64,000 bases of DNA, from the NCBI RefSeq assembly GCF_009914755.1, contig NC_060938.1; one strand, written 5' to 3'. The notes beneath the pieces are model-generated. The model did not search any database. It was not told the origin of the DNA and saw only the letters and a program-made list of their open reading frames with translations. Source of the stretch: the human T2T-CHM13v2.0 reference genome, Homo sapiens. Of the stretch, positions 32,092 through 56,881 are shown one piece after another (position 1 is the stretch's first letter; the number at the start of each line of letters is the position of its first letter). The position numbers were made by a program, and so were the translations under genes.

Positions 32092-32385
32092 ATTTCTGTT
32101 TTTGTTTTTGAGACGAAGTCTCGTTCTGTTGCCTAGGCCGGAGTGCAGTGGAGTGATCTCGGCTCACTGCAACCTCCACATCCCAGGTTCAAGCTATTCT
32201 CTTGCCTCAGCCTGCCGCTGAGATTACAGGCGCCCGCCACTATGCCCGGCTAATTTTTTTCTCTTTTTGGAAAGACGGGGTTTCACCATGTTGGCCAGAC
32301 TGGTGTCAAACACCTGACCTTGTGATTCACCTGCCTCAGCCTCCCAAAGTGCTGGGATTACAGGCGTAAGCCACCACGCCCAGCT
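32092..32385 (-). mobile_element. AluS
   Basis: Alu consensus; TSD aaaactagagtatttct. Confidence 0.9.
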
Positions 32386-32959
32386 CAAAACTAGAGTATT
32401 TCTATCCTCCTGACAGAATGACTAAGTTAGAACTGCCTCGTACTCTATATGGCTGAGATGCAGAAAATGCCAAAACAATTGGTCACGACTCAATTCAGGT
32501 AAAAAAAAAAGTCAAACTCAGTTTTTGATCTTTTATCCAAATGTTCCCTAAATAGCCTTATCAGTAATTGTCCTGATTTCAGGGTGAATTTGTTTAGAAT
32601 TCTTTAAAAAACCCTCAGTATCTGGCTGTTGTGTTTTTCCTGAAGGATTAACAGTGAATAATGATAATCACTAGGGTTCATCAAACTCTAAGACTTATAT
32701 TTTTCTGAGTGGTATGAATCTTTTTCTCATTAAGGTATAATTTACATACAGCAAAATCCACCCTTTTAATACAAGTTCTACCAATTTTGACCAAGCCATT
32801 AGTTGTGTCACCTCGGGGTAATTTTAAATCTTATTCTGATTTCTATACCACTTGTCTATCTTAGTTTAATCCTGACTAATCAGTGAAAACTGCTACTTGC
32901 TGCAGAAATTCAAAATAAGGGCTTCTTAAACCCAGTGTTTAAACCAGGATAAGGAAAGG

Positions 32960-33081
32960 CAAGGCTGTCACGCACAGCTGTGCCATTGGCACAGCACAAC
33001 TCTGGGAGAAGCCTTCATTCAATCGAGGCACCCCCTAGCACTGTGTTGTGCATTGTCTGCATGGCCATCATGGTGGCTCTG
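32960..33081. mobile_element. Degenerate palindromic MITE, MER91-like (hAT-Tip100)
   Basis: cagctgtgc...gcacagcacaactctggg / ccccctag...tgtgttgtgcattg inverted arms; CAAGGCTG...GGCTCTG ends. Confidence 0.55.
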
Positions 33082-33832
33082 AGCATAGCCACCAGTTTGA
33101 GAGAGCAGCAAAACTGGTATGTTAATAGTGAAATAGGAGATATTTAAGATTTTAAAAAAAGGACTCTTCCCTTTATATGTCTTTCCTCATAGACGTTAAA
33201 ATATTGTGATAGAGGGGACAGAAACCACTGAGCTCACACCACCAGACAGCACACATGTGAAAAAAGAGCAATGTTGGGAAATGAGAAGTGGTTAGCTAGG
33301 AATACTGTTGAGATTCACTGCCCTCGAATCTTTGATCTGCATTTTAAAACCTCTTCCCTTGCCTTTGCAAATATGTTTTCACCTTCAAAAAGTAACAGGT
33401 GTGACTTCACTTTCTACAGAACCACTCCAGGTTCTTCAGGTTTTCCTCCCTATATGGTAGTTACCATAAATGCCAGTTCAAAAAAAAATTTTTTTTTAAT
33501 TACCTGCATATGGTTTGGACTAAGTTTCACATGGCTTCCACTATAGAAAAAATGTGGCAGTGCTAAATACACAAGATCCCATTCCTCAAAGGCCTGCTGG
33601 ATGCACATAAATCTGACACGGAACCTCCTGAAACTTGTTAATAACACAGACCAGACAAGGGATGACGACCACAGTGGGTGAGAGCCATCTTCTCCAGCCC
33701 CCTGGCACAAGCCTCTCCTGTTTCCAGGACAGTGGGAACACACCATTTGTACAGAGAATCTCTCTTGGAGGACTGTCATTCCTTCAGACGTTTGACATGA
33801 AAGGACACCATGGTGTTCCAGTAGCTTAATAC

Positions 33833-33838
33833 TTTATT
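33833..33838 (-). terminator. ZBTB25: Candidate distal polyadenylation signal of ZBTB25 (AATAAA on -)
   Basis: tttatt on +; ~8.8 kb past the stop codon; usage is inferred. Confidence 0.5.
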
Positions 33839-34986
33839 ATTTTGATACAATATCACCAAATTGTTTCAATGAAAAACGTTTCAAACAGCGGAAGAGAATG
33901 TATCTGAGGGAGAGTGGGCTCATTTTCCAAGTTGGCTTATCAGCTGTAAAATAAACTTAGGAGAAGCAACTGGTGATTAGGTACAAAGTCCTAGGATGAT
34001 GAGAATAATATTGTAATCAGAAATGAAGGGGGAGGCAGGCTGTATTCACTTAGTATTGGAAGGTGAGAAGAGCTGAAGGTAAGAAAACTCTTAACTTATT
34101 CAGAATGGAATGGGTTGGAAAGTATGAGAGAAGAAGGTCAGTTGTTGAACCACAGTTGGAAAAGAAAGTAAATTTCAGTAGGTAACATACCTCATAGATT
34201 GTGGATGTACAAAAAATGAACAAAAGGCAAGAAAGGAGCAAGGGAGCGTATTTACTCAAATGTCCTTCAATCTATGTCTTGACCAGGCAGAACACCAAAA
34301 ACTGAGTGTGATGCCTGATTAAAAGAGCCCAAATTCCAAGGCCTCACAGTTAATGGCTTGGAAAAATCTTCAGAAATGCTCAATGTAGCACAATAATGTG
34401 ATATTTTAAAAAGTTATCTGCTGAGATATGTACATGTAAATCAGAAGCATCTTGATTAAAGAGGGATGTCAAGATATTGCAGTACCTTATGAAATTTTAA
34501 GAAAATTCTCATTAGTCTTGACTCTATAAAGCATGATCCAAAAGTAGCTAAGCCCTAAATAATATTTACTATTAATAGTAATGCTGAATTCAAGTATAAT
34601 GAACATTTTTTTAAAGGTACACTGGTGCCACCTTTTGGCCAGATTAAAAATTCACAGAAATTATAACCTACAATCTCAATTTCATGAAGAGACCTCTTTG
34701 GGGAGACAATTATTTAGTTCAAACATTATATGAATAGATTCAAAACTGTCTTGCTGATTAATACATCTCTGATTTTTAATAATCACATTTTTTCCTTTTA
34801 TTTCTAATAATCACATTTTTATCTTTTAAAAGCTGGGATCAAGGATAATACAAATAGAATTTAATTCTGAACACATCTCATACTCCAATACTTGCTCTAA
34901 ACATGACTAGAATAGAAATCCCCCAAATTGGGTTTCTTTGTATTCTTTTATTCCTGACAGCCATCACAAAACTTACTTTAAGGTCT

Positions 34987-35742
34987 CAGAAGGGTTGGTC
35001 AACCTCAGCTCTAATGACATTTTGAGGTACATATTCTGTATTGCGGGAGGCTGTCCTCTGCACTGAGATGTTTAGCAGCATCCCTGGCCTCCACCTACTA
35101 GATGCCAGCAGCAGCCTCCCTCATCGCCCACCCAACTGTGACAACCAAAAACATCTCCACATCGTCAAATGTCTCTATGGGGGGGGATAGCCCTGTGTAA
35201 TGTTTAATTTTATGTGTCCAAATGACTGGGCCATGGGGTGCCCCAATAGTTAGTCAAACATTATTCTGGGTGTGTCCGTGAGGGTGTTCTGGAGGGAGAC
35301 AAAATCTGAATCAGTAGACTGCGTAAAGAAGATCACCCTCCCTGATGTGGGTGGCTCTCATTCCATCAGTTGAAGGCCAGAATATAATAAAAAAAGAGAC
35401 TTTCTCTGGCCTGACTGCTTGAGCTGCAATTATCGGTCTTTTCCTCCCTTTGGACCCAAATGGAAACATCAGCTCTTCTTGAGTTTCAAGCCTGCCAGCT
35501 TTTGGACTGGAACTTATGCCATAAGCTCTCCTGGTTCTCAGGTCTTCAAATTCAGACTGGAACATCACTGACTCCCCAGCCTCTCAGCCTCCCAACTGCA
35601 GATCTTGGGACTTCTCAGCCTCCATAATTACATGAACCTATTCCTTATAATCAATCAATCTCTTTCTCTCTCTCAGTTCTACCTGTTGTTTCTTTCTTTT
35701 TCTGGAGAATCCTGACTAATATACCTCAGTTGAGAACTACTA
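34987..35742 (-). mobile_element. MER20 split by an MLT2 LTR insertion
   Basis: MER20 body 34987-35193; its terminus cctcagttgagaactacta resumes at 35724-35742. Confidence 0.8.
35194..35723 (+). mobile_element. MLT2 (ERVL) solo LTR
   Basis: Begins tgtgtaatgtttaattttatgtgtc..gactgggcca; ends tctggagaatcctgactaatata. Confidence 0.85.
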
Positions 35743-35806
35743 TTGTGGATCATGTTACTGGGGGCAAAAGGCGATACAGTAGACTGTAAATAGAGAAGAA
35801 AGAAGC

Positions 35807-37159
<1,353 letters not shown>

Positions 37160-37931
37160 TGAGTTTAGCCACACAATGTATTATTGATTTTGGTCTCCTG
37201 TATTAGCTATGTGTTACATGTACTTTGAAGATTTTTCAGTGGGTCTTTTTTATTGAACAAGTTTTTATAATCTAAGTTTATTTTAAAGTATAAGTTTATA
37301 TTTGATCCATTCTGACTAAATGACTTTATTTAGCACAAAATAGAGGAGTTGATGACAGTTAATGTCAATTGCACCAGACCAATACTTAACTAATTAATCA
37401 AGTGCAGTACAAATACATACTGAAGCACAATGAATTCTTCCAGGTCTTCAAGACAAAAATCACAGTTTGTAATTCCTTGTATTTAAGACATCCAGGTTTG
37501 GGACTGTGCAATCTCACCAGTTTTCAAAATGACCAACCATACAAACACAGAAGTACAGCAGAGAGAAATCATTTACAGACTTCACTCTTAAGAAATCAAA
37601 AATTAATAATTTAAGTGCCACAAATCTATATGTAGTTCAAAATATACAAAGACACAAATTACATTATGAAAATTCTTCACATGGCCCATTTTTACATCAA
37701 TTACTACAAAAAATGGACATTTATCAAGTATCTGACTCACAACATCAAGAATGTGCCTGTACAAATAAATGTTAACGAAATTACACATTTTTCACACTAT
37801 CTTTTTCCACGATTAATATGTATTTCCTTCAATTTTCAGTGAAGACTTTTCTAATAATACTATTATTACCTTCACCCCATTTCCTGTCCTCATCTACTAT
37901 TTAGATCACCTACATCAAAGAAATAAAAATA

Positions 37932-42070
<4,139 letters not shown>

Positions 42071-42679
42071 AGGTATACTCAATGTTAAAAAGTAAAGAGA
42101 AGCCATGTAGGTAAGATGTTGTGGAGCTAGTAGTTAAAAAATAAAACTACTCATGATTTGGTATATCTTAAAATAAATTTTTATACATTATAACATATGT
42201 ATAACATACAGTTATGCATTAAAGTAACTATTAATTTCCTATATGGAAGAAAATATTTAAAAATAATCCTGGTAGGAGTGAATTCATGTGAAATGTAAGC
42301 AGAAGTGATAGTTTAGAATATGCTTTAAAACAGATTTCATTTACTTTATATTCAATTTGATTTTACTGATTCTATAACTGGAAAAACTTAGAATTCTATA
42401 AATAACTATTTAAGGTTTCCATATTTCTACATTGATTTCTGATTTCTAAATTGTTATTTCGTTTGTGAAAAGTTCACAGTAGTAATTGAATGTTACATTT
42501 TAATAGCCACATATTAATATGTCTTATGAGAAGATCTAATATATACAACCTTAAAACCATGGATAAGCTGTGAAGAAAAAAAGTCAATGAAACTTGAGGA
42601 GGAAAATAATTTATGAATAAAAAATGCCATGCAAATTTTCTTTTTCAGAATTGGTATAAAAATTCTGAAAGAGAAGCTG

Positions 42680-43814
42680 CTACTCAACTAGGATAGTATC
42701 CACATTTTCTTGTGTGAGCTCTGACTCTAAGGCACAAGGCAAGTCTAAGTGTTCTTGTGACAAGCGAGAACTTTTCAGGGAGACATCAGACCAGCTGTCA
42801 CAGTATGGCTGAAATCTCTGGGCCAATGCATTACCAAACCTTTGGCATCGGTTATATCTGTAAGATTTACCTTTGTGTGTATACATGTGTTCCAACAATT
42901 GGCTCTTTCGAGGGAATTTATGACCACAGATGGTACAGCTCATTTTTCTTTTCCTTGAAAAAGAAAAATTACAGTTTAATTCTACTGGCTCTGTGTCTTT
43001 GGAGATCAAAGATACTTGACTGATCTGCAAAGGCTCTGTGGTACCCCGGTTGGTGTGGTCTGGCTGCTGTTCATTCTCCTTAACAATGAAGGAGCTGAGC
43101 CTGCGGCATTCAAGGGCCTCGCTGTTTTCATTAAGGGGATGCACTTCACCAAGGTCATTACTTTCCAGAATGGAAGCAGGGACACCGAATGGCAGGGATC
43201 CAGACACATGTGTATGGAGATGTTGCCTTAGGTTACTACGGGAATCAAAACGTTCCCCACAGTAATGGCATAAGTGTATTTTGACACTGTTTTCAGTAAA
43301 AGTGGGGCCTGTCACCTCTGATGAGGGTGAGGGGTGGCTCTGGGAGATCACAGATTCTGGGTCACATCTCTCCTGCTTGATGGAAACTGGGGGCTTCTGG
43401 TGCTCCTCCAGGGCCTGGGTGGCAGGACAGGCCCTCTGCTGGTCTGCAGTGCCATCATCCAGACCAATAGCAAGAGACAACTGCAACTGGGGGTGGTCAC
43501 CCTGGACAGCAGCTCTGTTTCCACTGTTACTGGAAGGAGCTTCTTTGACCTCCAGTCCTTGTTTGACAACTGTTTTTTGGGTTGTTGAGATCTGAATGCC
43601 ATATAAATTTGAGGACTGCACAGTCTCTGGTGAGAACACTTGATTCATTTCAGTTGCAATGTGAGAAAGGTAGTCGGCGTGAAGAAATCGAATCCCTTCC
43701 TCCAAACGACTATGATCCACAATCTGTTTTGGCCCTTTCCCCGTGTACATAATGTGCAACAAATAGCTGAATATGTCAGGTTGGATGTCAGTTGGTTGTA
43801 TTTTTATGCATTCA
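42680..43814 (-). CDS. ZBTB25: ZBTB25 last coding exon (BTB C-half, linker, C2H2 fingers at 43208-43276 and 42875-42943)
   Basis: Acceptor ttttaacAG before 43814; 1135 nt + 173 nt = 1308 nt = 435 aa; CHYC..HLHTH and CTIC..HMYTH fingers. Confidence 0.97.
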
Positions 43815-44179
43815 CTGTTAAAAACAAAAACAGACCCACAAGAAATGAAACACAACCTAGCTGGCCTTTCAGTTAACAGTATAGTCTGAGACTAAAGCAA
43901 TTTCTTCCTAAGAAGTTCGAACCTAGCAATCTGCCTTAATAAAACATGGCAACAAAGGCTTAAACTTTCATTTTATACCAACTTTATGGCCTAGCAAAAA
44001 GTCTTCATGTATTCAATCTACTGCCTAAAGTTAGGAAACACAGACATACATTCTGAATAGTTCAACATTAATCAAGTGACTCCTAAGTGATATGCACTAT
44101 ACTAGATGCCAGCGGTAGAAAACTGATGAATAAAATAGGTACCTGCTCTTAAGGAATTTAACAGTCTATCAAGTAAACG

Positions 44180-44690
44180 ATCAAAAGAACTAAAAACAGG
44201 GACTCAAACAGATACCTGTATGCCAATGTTCACTGCAACATTACTTACAGTAGCCAAAAGGTAGAAAGAAGCTGAGTGTTCACCAAAAGATGAGTGGATA
44301 AACACAAGATGGCTTACACACACAATGGAATATTATTCAACCATAAAAAGAAGGAAGTTCTGATACATGCTACAACATGGAGAACCCAGAAAATATCATG
44401 CTAAGTAAAATAAGCCAGACACAAAAGGACAAGTATTATATAAAATATCTAGAATAGGCAAATTCATAGAGATAGAAAGTAAATTAGCGGTTTCTGGGGG
44501 TTGAGAGGGTGAGATGGGGAGTTATTGCTTAATGGGTACAAAGTTTCTGTTTGGGGTGATAAAAAAGTTTTGGAAATAGACAGTGGTAATGGTTGTACAA
44601 CATTGCGAATGTGATTATCACCACTGCATTGTATAATTAAAAATGGTTAAAATGGCAAATTTTATATGTTTATAGCCACAATAAAGATAT
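44180..44690 (+). mobile_element. L1M (L1MB-like) 3' fragment
   Basis: atgttcactgcaacatta..tagccaaaag, acaatggaatattattca..ataaaaag, gctacaacatgg L1 3' motifs. Confidence 0.85.
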
Positions 44691-44721
44691 CTTAAAACTT
44701 CTGAAAGAATCTATTGAAATC

Positions 44722-46003
<1,282 letters not shown>

Positions 46004-46111
46004 TTACTTCTTAGTGTGACTCCGTAACAAAGAATTTCCAAAATGATACTATAATAAAGCTTATATAAATCACAATATTAAAAATTCTTATTTACAAAAA
46101 CACATCCTTAC

Positions 46112-46284
46112 CTTGTTTGGTGAATAAATATCATCTTGAAATAGTTAGAAAAAGCAGCAAGCACTGCTCTGTGGGCTTTGAAGTAAACATCTCCAATTGC
46201 AACTGTGCAATCACACAGAAAACCAAATTCTCGCTGCATGTTCAGCTGCTGGAGAAGAACAAGGCTATGGCTGGCAGTGTCCAT
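46112..46284 (-). CDS. ZBTB25: ZBTB25 first coding exon, [57 protein letters not shown](S); exon starts 46291
   Basis: ttttttcAG|aaccacaATG; BTB motifs LCD and [10 protein letters not shown]; AAG|GTAAG donor, phase 2. Confidence 0.97.
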
Positions 46285-46936
46285 TGTGGTTCTGAAAAAA
46301 AGGACAAGATAAATGTAGATAGGTGTGTATGTATATACGCATTATTTTTTATTAATACAAAATTGTCTACAGTTCACACAAACCTACAGAGTAACAAGGA
46401 GATCTAAATTTAAATGAAATTATTCAAGTTTTCAATCCTATTACTTTCACTGCAAACACGGCTAACACTAAATTCCTCCATTATGACAACTGATATAAAC
46501 TCTGCTGAACCATAAAATATGACCCTTTTTCATCTGGTAAGAAGATAGCTTGGTATGAGTGACACATGAAGACAGACCTGTCCTTTTCCATCTATGTGAA
46601 CACAATGTTTCTAATCTTGTTTCCTCATTAGAAAAATGAAAATGAGATACTGATTCCTGCCTCAGAGTTAAATAACTTATGTGAAAATCATGTTGTAATG
46701 GAAACTGCTATTCGATGTTAGCTATAAATGTTAATAACATAACACGGTATCCTGGCTGAGCTAGAGATGTCACTCCTCCTCAGGGATCCTCTGGTGCTCA
46801 GGGGATACTGGCTTCCCAACTCTCATCAAATGTTTGGGGGACTTATCATCACAGTAGCTCAGGAACTCTTAAAATAGATGTCAAGCCACATCCCCAATTT
46901 ACTTGTGGCCCAAGAGCCTCCTGAGAAAGAACTTAA

Positions 46937-48250
<1,314 letters not shown>

Positions 48251-48999
48251 TAACAAACTAAAAATCTGTATTGACAATTTCAGCATGTGAAAAACGTGTC
48301 TTAGAATCAATGAAATGGTTCATATTGAAGCATCTTAAACTAGCCTGATAAATTGTCTCAAAAAAAAAAAAACAAAACCAAACCCTCGGATCATAAACAT
48401 TTTCACCAGTTCTTCCCATTATATTGAACTACTGAACCATAGGGAAATGAGACATAGCACACTAATAAGCCACCCATACAGGAATCTTATGGTTAATGGT
48501 CTGTTGGTAACAGTTAAATTCTTCACTTATTCAACAGATATTTTTGAAGAGCAATTTAATAAAGAAAAAATGTGTAAAAGCCTGCATTGTACAAGGCGTG
48601 GAGACAGAAAAAAATGACAAGATGCTACACTCAAGATTACAGGCTCACAGGAAAGATAAAACATCAAACCATAATTATAATATGAAATAAATGCATTCAG
48701 TAGCACAGAGCAGTTAGAGAACATGCTATCAGAGGGAGATAAACACAGGCAACTTGATGGGAAACAAGGCCAGGCAGAAAAAATAAAATGAATAAAATTA
48801 CTGGGAAGAATATGAATAGTTAGATAACAGAAGGATTCAGCTTGGCATAGAAAAAAAAAGTAACAGAAATAATGAAATGTGGTCAGCTCAAAAAGGATAC
48901 AGAATATAAGACTAAAAAGTAGTGTCGTGTTTGAAGTGAACTATGTAAGATGTTTGAGTAAGAACAGCATGATCAGTTAACTTACTCTGTGGGAGGGAG

Positions 49000-49235
49000 A
49001 ACAGAGCGTGGTAGTTAAAGCTTGAACTAAAATCAGACAGCTTAAAATTTTAGCTCTGCCATTTACTAGCTGCGTGGTCTTGGCAAGACACTTAACTCTC
49101 TGGGCCTCCATTTCACTTATAAAATATGGACAATGACAGTATCTAACTTATAGGTTATTTGAATTTAATGATATAATGCACTTAGAAACAGTGGGCCCAC
49201 AGTTAGTGCCTAATAAATACTAGGCATTATCATCA
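49000..49235 (+). mobile_element. MIR SINE
   Basis: gcgtggtagttaaag..ctctgccatttactagctgcgtggtcttggcaag..ctctctgggcctcca core. Confidence 0.8.
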
Positions 49236-50110
49236 TCACCATCATTAGGCGTGAGTAAAGACTGCTCTAACAGCAACATATAAAAAATATTAGCAAGGGA
49301 AAAGGCATGGAGAAAGACTGGCTAGGAGCCTACTATGGTATCAAAGTAATCGCAGTGGGAATGAAGGAAGGAATACAAGAGATACATCAGACACAAAACT
49401 GACATGACTTGTCACCACAGAGATCAAATCAAAGGTGAGTCTCAGAATTCCAGCTTGGGTAATTGGAAGAATTCATCCATTCCTTCAGATTACATTTTCA
49501 GAGTAACTGCCATGTGCTAGGTGTTGATATAAAGGCAGAGTCCCAGAACATTAGAGAAGAAGTACAGAAACCGTCTTGATAAGAGGTTCTGAGACCCCAC
49601 CTCAAAAAAAAAAAAAAAGAAGAAGAAGAATAGGGGTTTCACTTCAGACACTCTGAGCTCCAAGTGTCTACCGGGTATCTAAGTAGAAATGTTTAGTGAT
49701 CAGCGGGGACAAGAAGCAGGACAGGGCTCTAGAGAGAGCAGAGCCAGAGAGGGAGAAGAGGCCTCTGAAACGACAAGGCTGAAGTAACCAAGTATGAAAA
49801 TAATAAAGTAGACTAAAAAGTAGAATGAAATAAGAGGGAAAAAAGCTAAGAATGAATCTTTGGAAAACAGAAAAGACAAAATAAGACAGAGGAGGAGAAA
49901 AAAGAAAACATCGTCATTGAGGAAAGGCAATGACCTTGCAGAAAGGAGATGGCAATGGTGCAAAACACTGAAGAGAAACATGGGGGTGAGGCCCATTACA
50001 AACATGTCGAGTGTACTGACCAAAAGATTCCTGGTAACCTCTGACAATAGTACAGGAAAGCAGCAAGGGCCAAATATCTGACTGCAGGGGATATTAGAAA
50101 CCAGAGGCTA

Positions 50111-50415
50111 GGCCAAGCGCAGTGGCCCACGCCTGTAATCCCAGCCCTTTGGGAGGACAAGGTGAGTGGACCACTTGAGGCCAGGAGTTTGAGACCAACC
50201 TGAACAACATGGTGAGACCCCGTCTCTACTCAAAATACAAAAATTAGCCAGGTGTGGTAGCACATGCCTGTAATCCCAGCTACTTGGGAGGTTGAGGCAG
50301 AAGAATCACTTGAACCCAGGAGGCAGAGGTTGCAGTGAGCTGAGATCCACTGCACTCCAGCCTGGGCAACAGAGCGAGACTCTGTCTCAAAAAAAAATAA
50401 AAAAATAAAAATAAA
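50111..50415 (+). mobile_element. AluS
   Basis: Alu consensus; TSD agaaaccagagg. Confidence 0.9.
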
Positions 50416-50609
50416 GAAACCAGAGGGTATAAAGCTTAGACACAGACATGACAGGACAGGACATTAAGGAAGCTGCAGATCAGAAGACCCAAACATACCT
50501 CTTCCCTTTACATATGAAAGAAACCTGGAGTAATAAACTCTGAAACTTACATAGAGCACTGAAGTTTACAGAGAACTTTCATATACAATAACTTATTTCT
50601 CTACTTCAG

Positions 50610-51430
50610 ATTAGATAATTTCTATTAATCTATCCTCAAATTAAATGACTTATCTGTCATATCTGATCTGTTAAATCTATTCAAGATTGTTTCAGATATT
50701 GTATTTTCAGATGTAAAATTTTCATTTCATTCTTTTTTAAAGTTTCTAATTCTCTGCTGAGATTTCCTATTTGTTCACATATACAACATTTTGCTTTACA
50801 TCCTTGAGCATAGTTATAATAGCTGCTGCTTTAAATCTTCTCTGCTAAATCCAACCTTTGGCTAATTATGGGGTCAGTCTCCACTGATTAGGGTGATTGT
50901 TTCTGGATTATAGTCTAGGTATTGTGATTAATACAATTCACTCTAGATTCTGTAATATTCTTCCAAAGAGTGTTTGTGTTTTTGTTTTTTGCAGACAATT
51001 ACCTTAGCTGGACTTAAACTCCAAGTTCTGCCTCCCCTATGGTGGACAGCAGCTGAAATCTCTGCTCCTTTAGCCTTAAGTGTGCTGTTTGGAGGCTGCT
51101 CCACACATGTACAGTTGAGGGGTTTGCAAGAAATTCAAGCAGAGTTTATAAACAGTGTTTGGGGTTCTGCCACTCCAACATTCTTTCTAGGATTTTCTCC
51201 TGCACTTTCCAGCTGCATGATCACTGTGAGCTCTGTCCTCTTTTCTTCAAGAGAGATTACAGGTTGTTATTACAGTTGTAGCCACCTCTTCATATCACCA
51301 GCTGGGACCTTATGCCAGTCTAAAAGCCATAAAAACGGAAGCTTATTCATTGCTGTTCTCCTCTTCCAGTTGCAGACCTCAATCTAGTTTTTGTAATTCT
51401 CAAATGCCATCTATTAATTTTTAAAACTTT
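50610..51430 (-). mobile_element. Ancient L1M-type fragment
   Basis: T-rich antisense L1-like text (ttcagatattgtattttcag..tctctgctgagatttcc). Confidence 0.5.
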
Positions 51431-51434
51431 TATC

Positions 51435-51736
<302 letters not shown>

Positions 51737-51797
51737 GTGTATCAAGTTTATAGTTATCTGCAGGAAACTGTCCTGATAGGAACTATTCAACCATTAC

Positions 51798-51885
51798 CCC
51801 CTCCCCCAACATTGTGTTCTTTTTAAACGAAAGCAATTTATTAGAAAATAAATAAAAGAATGGCTACTCCATAGGCAGAGCAGCC
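51798..51885 (-). mobile_element. Short TSD-flanked LTR fragment (MER41/MER4-group R-region-like)
   Basis: - strand GGCTGCTCTGCCTATGGAGTAGCCATTCTTT..AATAAATTGCTTTC; 15-bp flanking duplication. Confidence 0.65.
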
Positions 51886-51907
51886 CTACTCAACCATTAC
51901 TGTTTAT

Positions 51908-52627
<720 letters not shown>

Positions 52628-53948
52628 CCCTACACTATCTTTTTTTCTTTTAAATCTTGTGAGGTAGTAGAGCAGGTACTATCAGCTCTATTTTATGGCT
52701 GAGAAACCACAGGCTCAGAGAAGGCAGGAAACATACCTGAAGTCAAACAACTAGCTATTAAATGGTGCTGATAATACATCAAGACTGAGTTTAAACCCAG
52801 GGCCCTTTCTTCAAAACCCCATCTAGAACTTTCAACATTTACACTGTTGGCAGATTTTGCAAATATGTTGAATCAAATAAGGGAGTAAACTTTTCAAGTG
52901 TATAAAATGAAACAAATTAAAATCTATTAAAAAAAAAAACACCAAGTACACATGAGGTGCATTCAAACTTGTTTTGCATAATAGGAGATCTTTGATGTTG
53001 TAATATACCAGATTTTACTTCAAATCAATAGCCCCATTCCATTGAGTTATTAGAACATTTTCTAATACAACCTACTCTGCAAATTATTAGCTAGACTTTT
53101 TGTATAGCCTTTGCTCATCATTCTTTGACTGTCTATTTTATTTTCTCTAGTATGTGAAATAGCTAAAGTTTCCCATGAATACAGAAAGAGCTTAGAAGTT
53201 ACATTTGAGAATTTCTGGTGAGAATTTTAAGATGTGAGAGAAATTATGGAAAAATAAAGTATTTTATTATACTTATAAATACCAGAATCAAAATGAGTGC
53301 TACATTTTTAAAAGTTTTATCTGTTATCAAAGTGATACATTATCATAATAGTTTTAGCATTGATATTTAAGAGATTACAAAAACCTTCTTTACCTTCTAG
53401 ATTGTAGTAACTCTGGATTACTTCAAATTAAGATGGAACAACTTTATACTAGTATCTATGTTTGTTTAAAGCTGGCTTGATATTCAATACATATCTTTGA
53501 TTCTTATGTATTTAGAAAAATCTACTGTACTAGACTGGACTCTCAGATCTATGGTAGCCAGCCGGATATCCTGGACTACACAGCTCTTCATTCTCTCAGA
53601 CTGTAAGAATCCTTAATAAAAAAGGAACAAAAAGAGCAAGACGACTGTTTCTGTAGGAAAACAGTCTTAGGTATTTTCTCTGTCAATGCTTACCACTGAG
53701 ACTTTATGATGAATTTTCATTCAGACAAGGAGACAGGAAAGTTGGCAGAGGAATATGTACATCTTTTTTGAGCTACTTACTCATGGCTATAAATACAAAG
53801 GCAAAAGCAAAATATTTCAAGTGCCATATGATAAAAGACTTTATATAGCGACTAACTTTTTAATGGAACTTTCACATGACTGTAGAGGTGTGACATTTAA
53901 TTATGTAGAGAATGAAAGAATGTTTGTAGAAATCATTTTATCCTGAAA

Positions 53949-54758
<810 letters not shown>

Positions 54759-55053
54759 CCTCAGAAGAACACGGGACCAAGGAAACCCAAGAAATTATTT
54801 CACACTCTACAATTACATTGATATTTAAGAGACAATAAAAACTTTCTTTACTTTCTAGATTGTAGTAACTCTGGATTAGTTCAAATTAAGTAAGATAGAA
54901 CAACTTTATACTAGTCTCTATAAATAAACAATTCCGTAAGAGTGTTCAAAGTATGGAAATTATGTTGACTACATTAAATGAACAAATATAAACAACTGTA
55001 ATTCTAATTGTAACCTTAAAATATTGGCCAGATTAAGAAACAAAAGTGCTCCA

Positions 55054-56881
<1,828 letters not shown>

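Noticed and set aside
43815-43855. N-terminal extension [13 protein letters not shown] of the 391-aa ORF
   Set aside because: Intronic pyrimidine tract before the acceptor; the true start is at 46284
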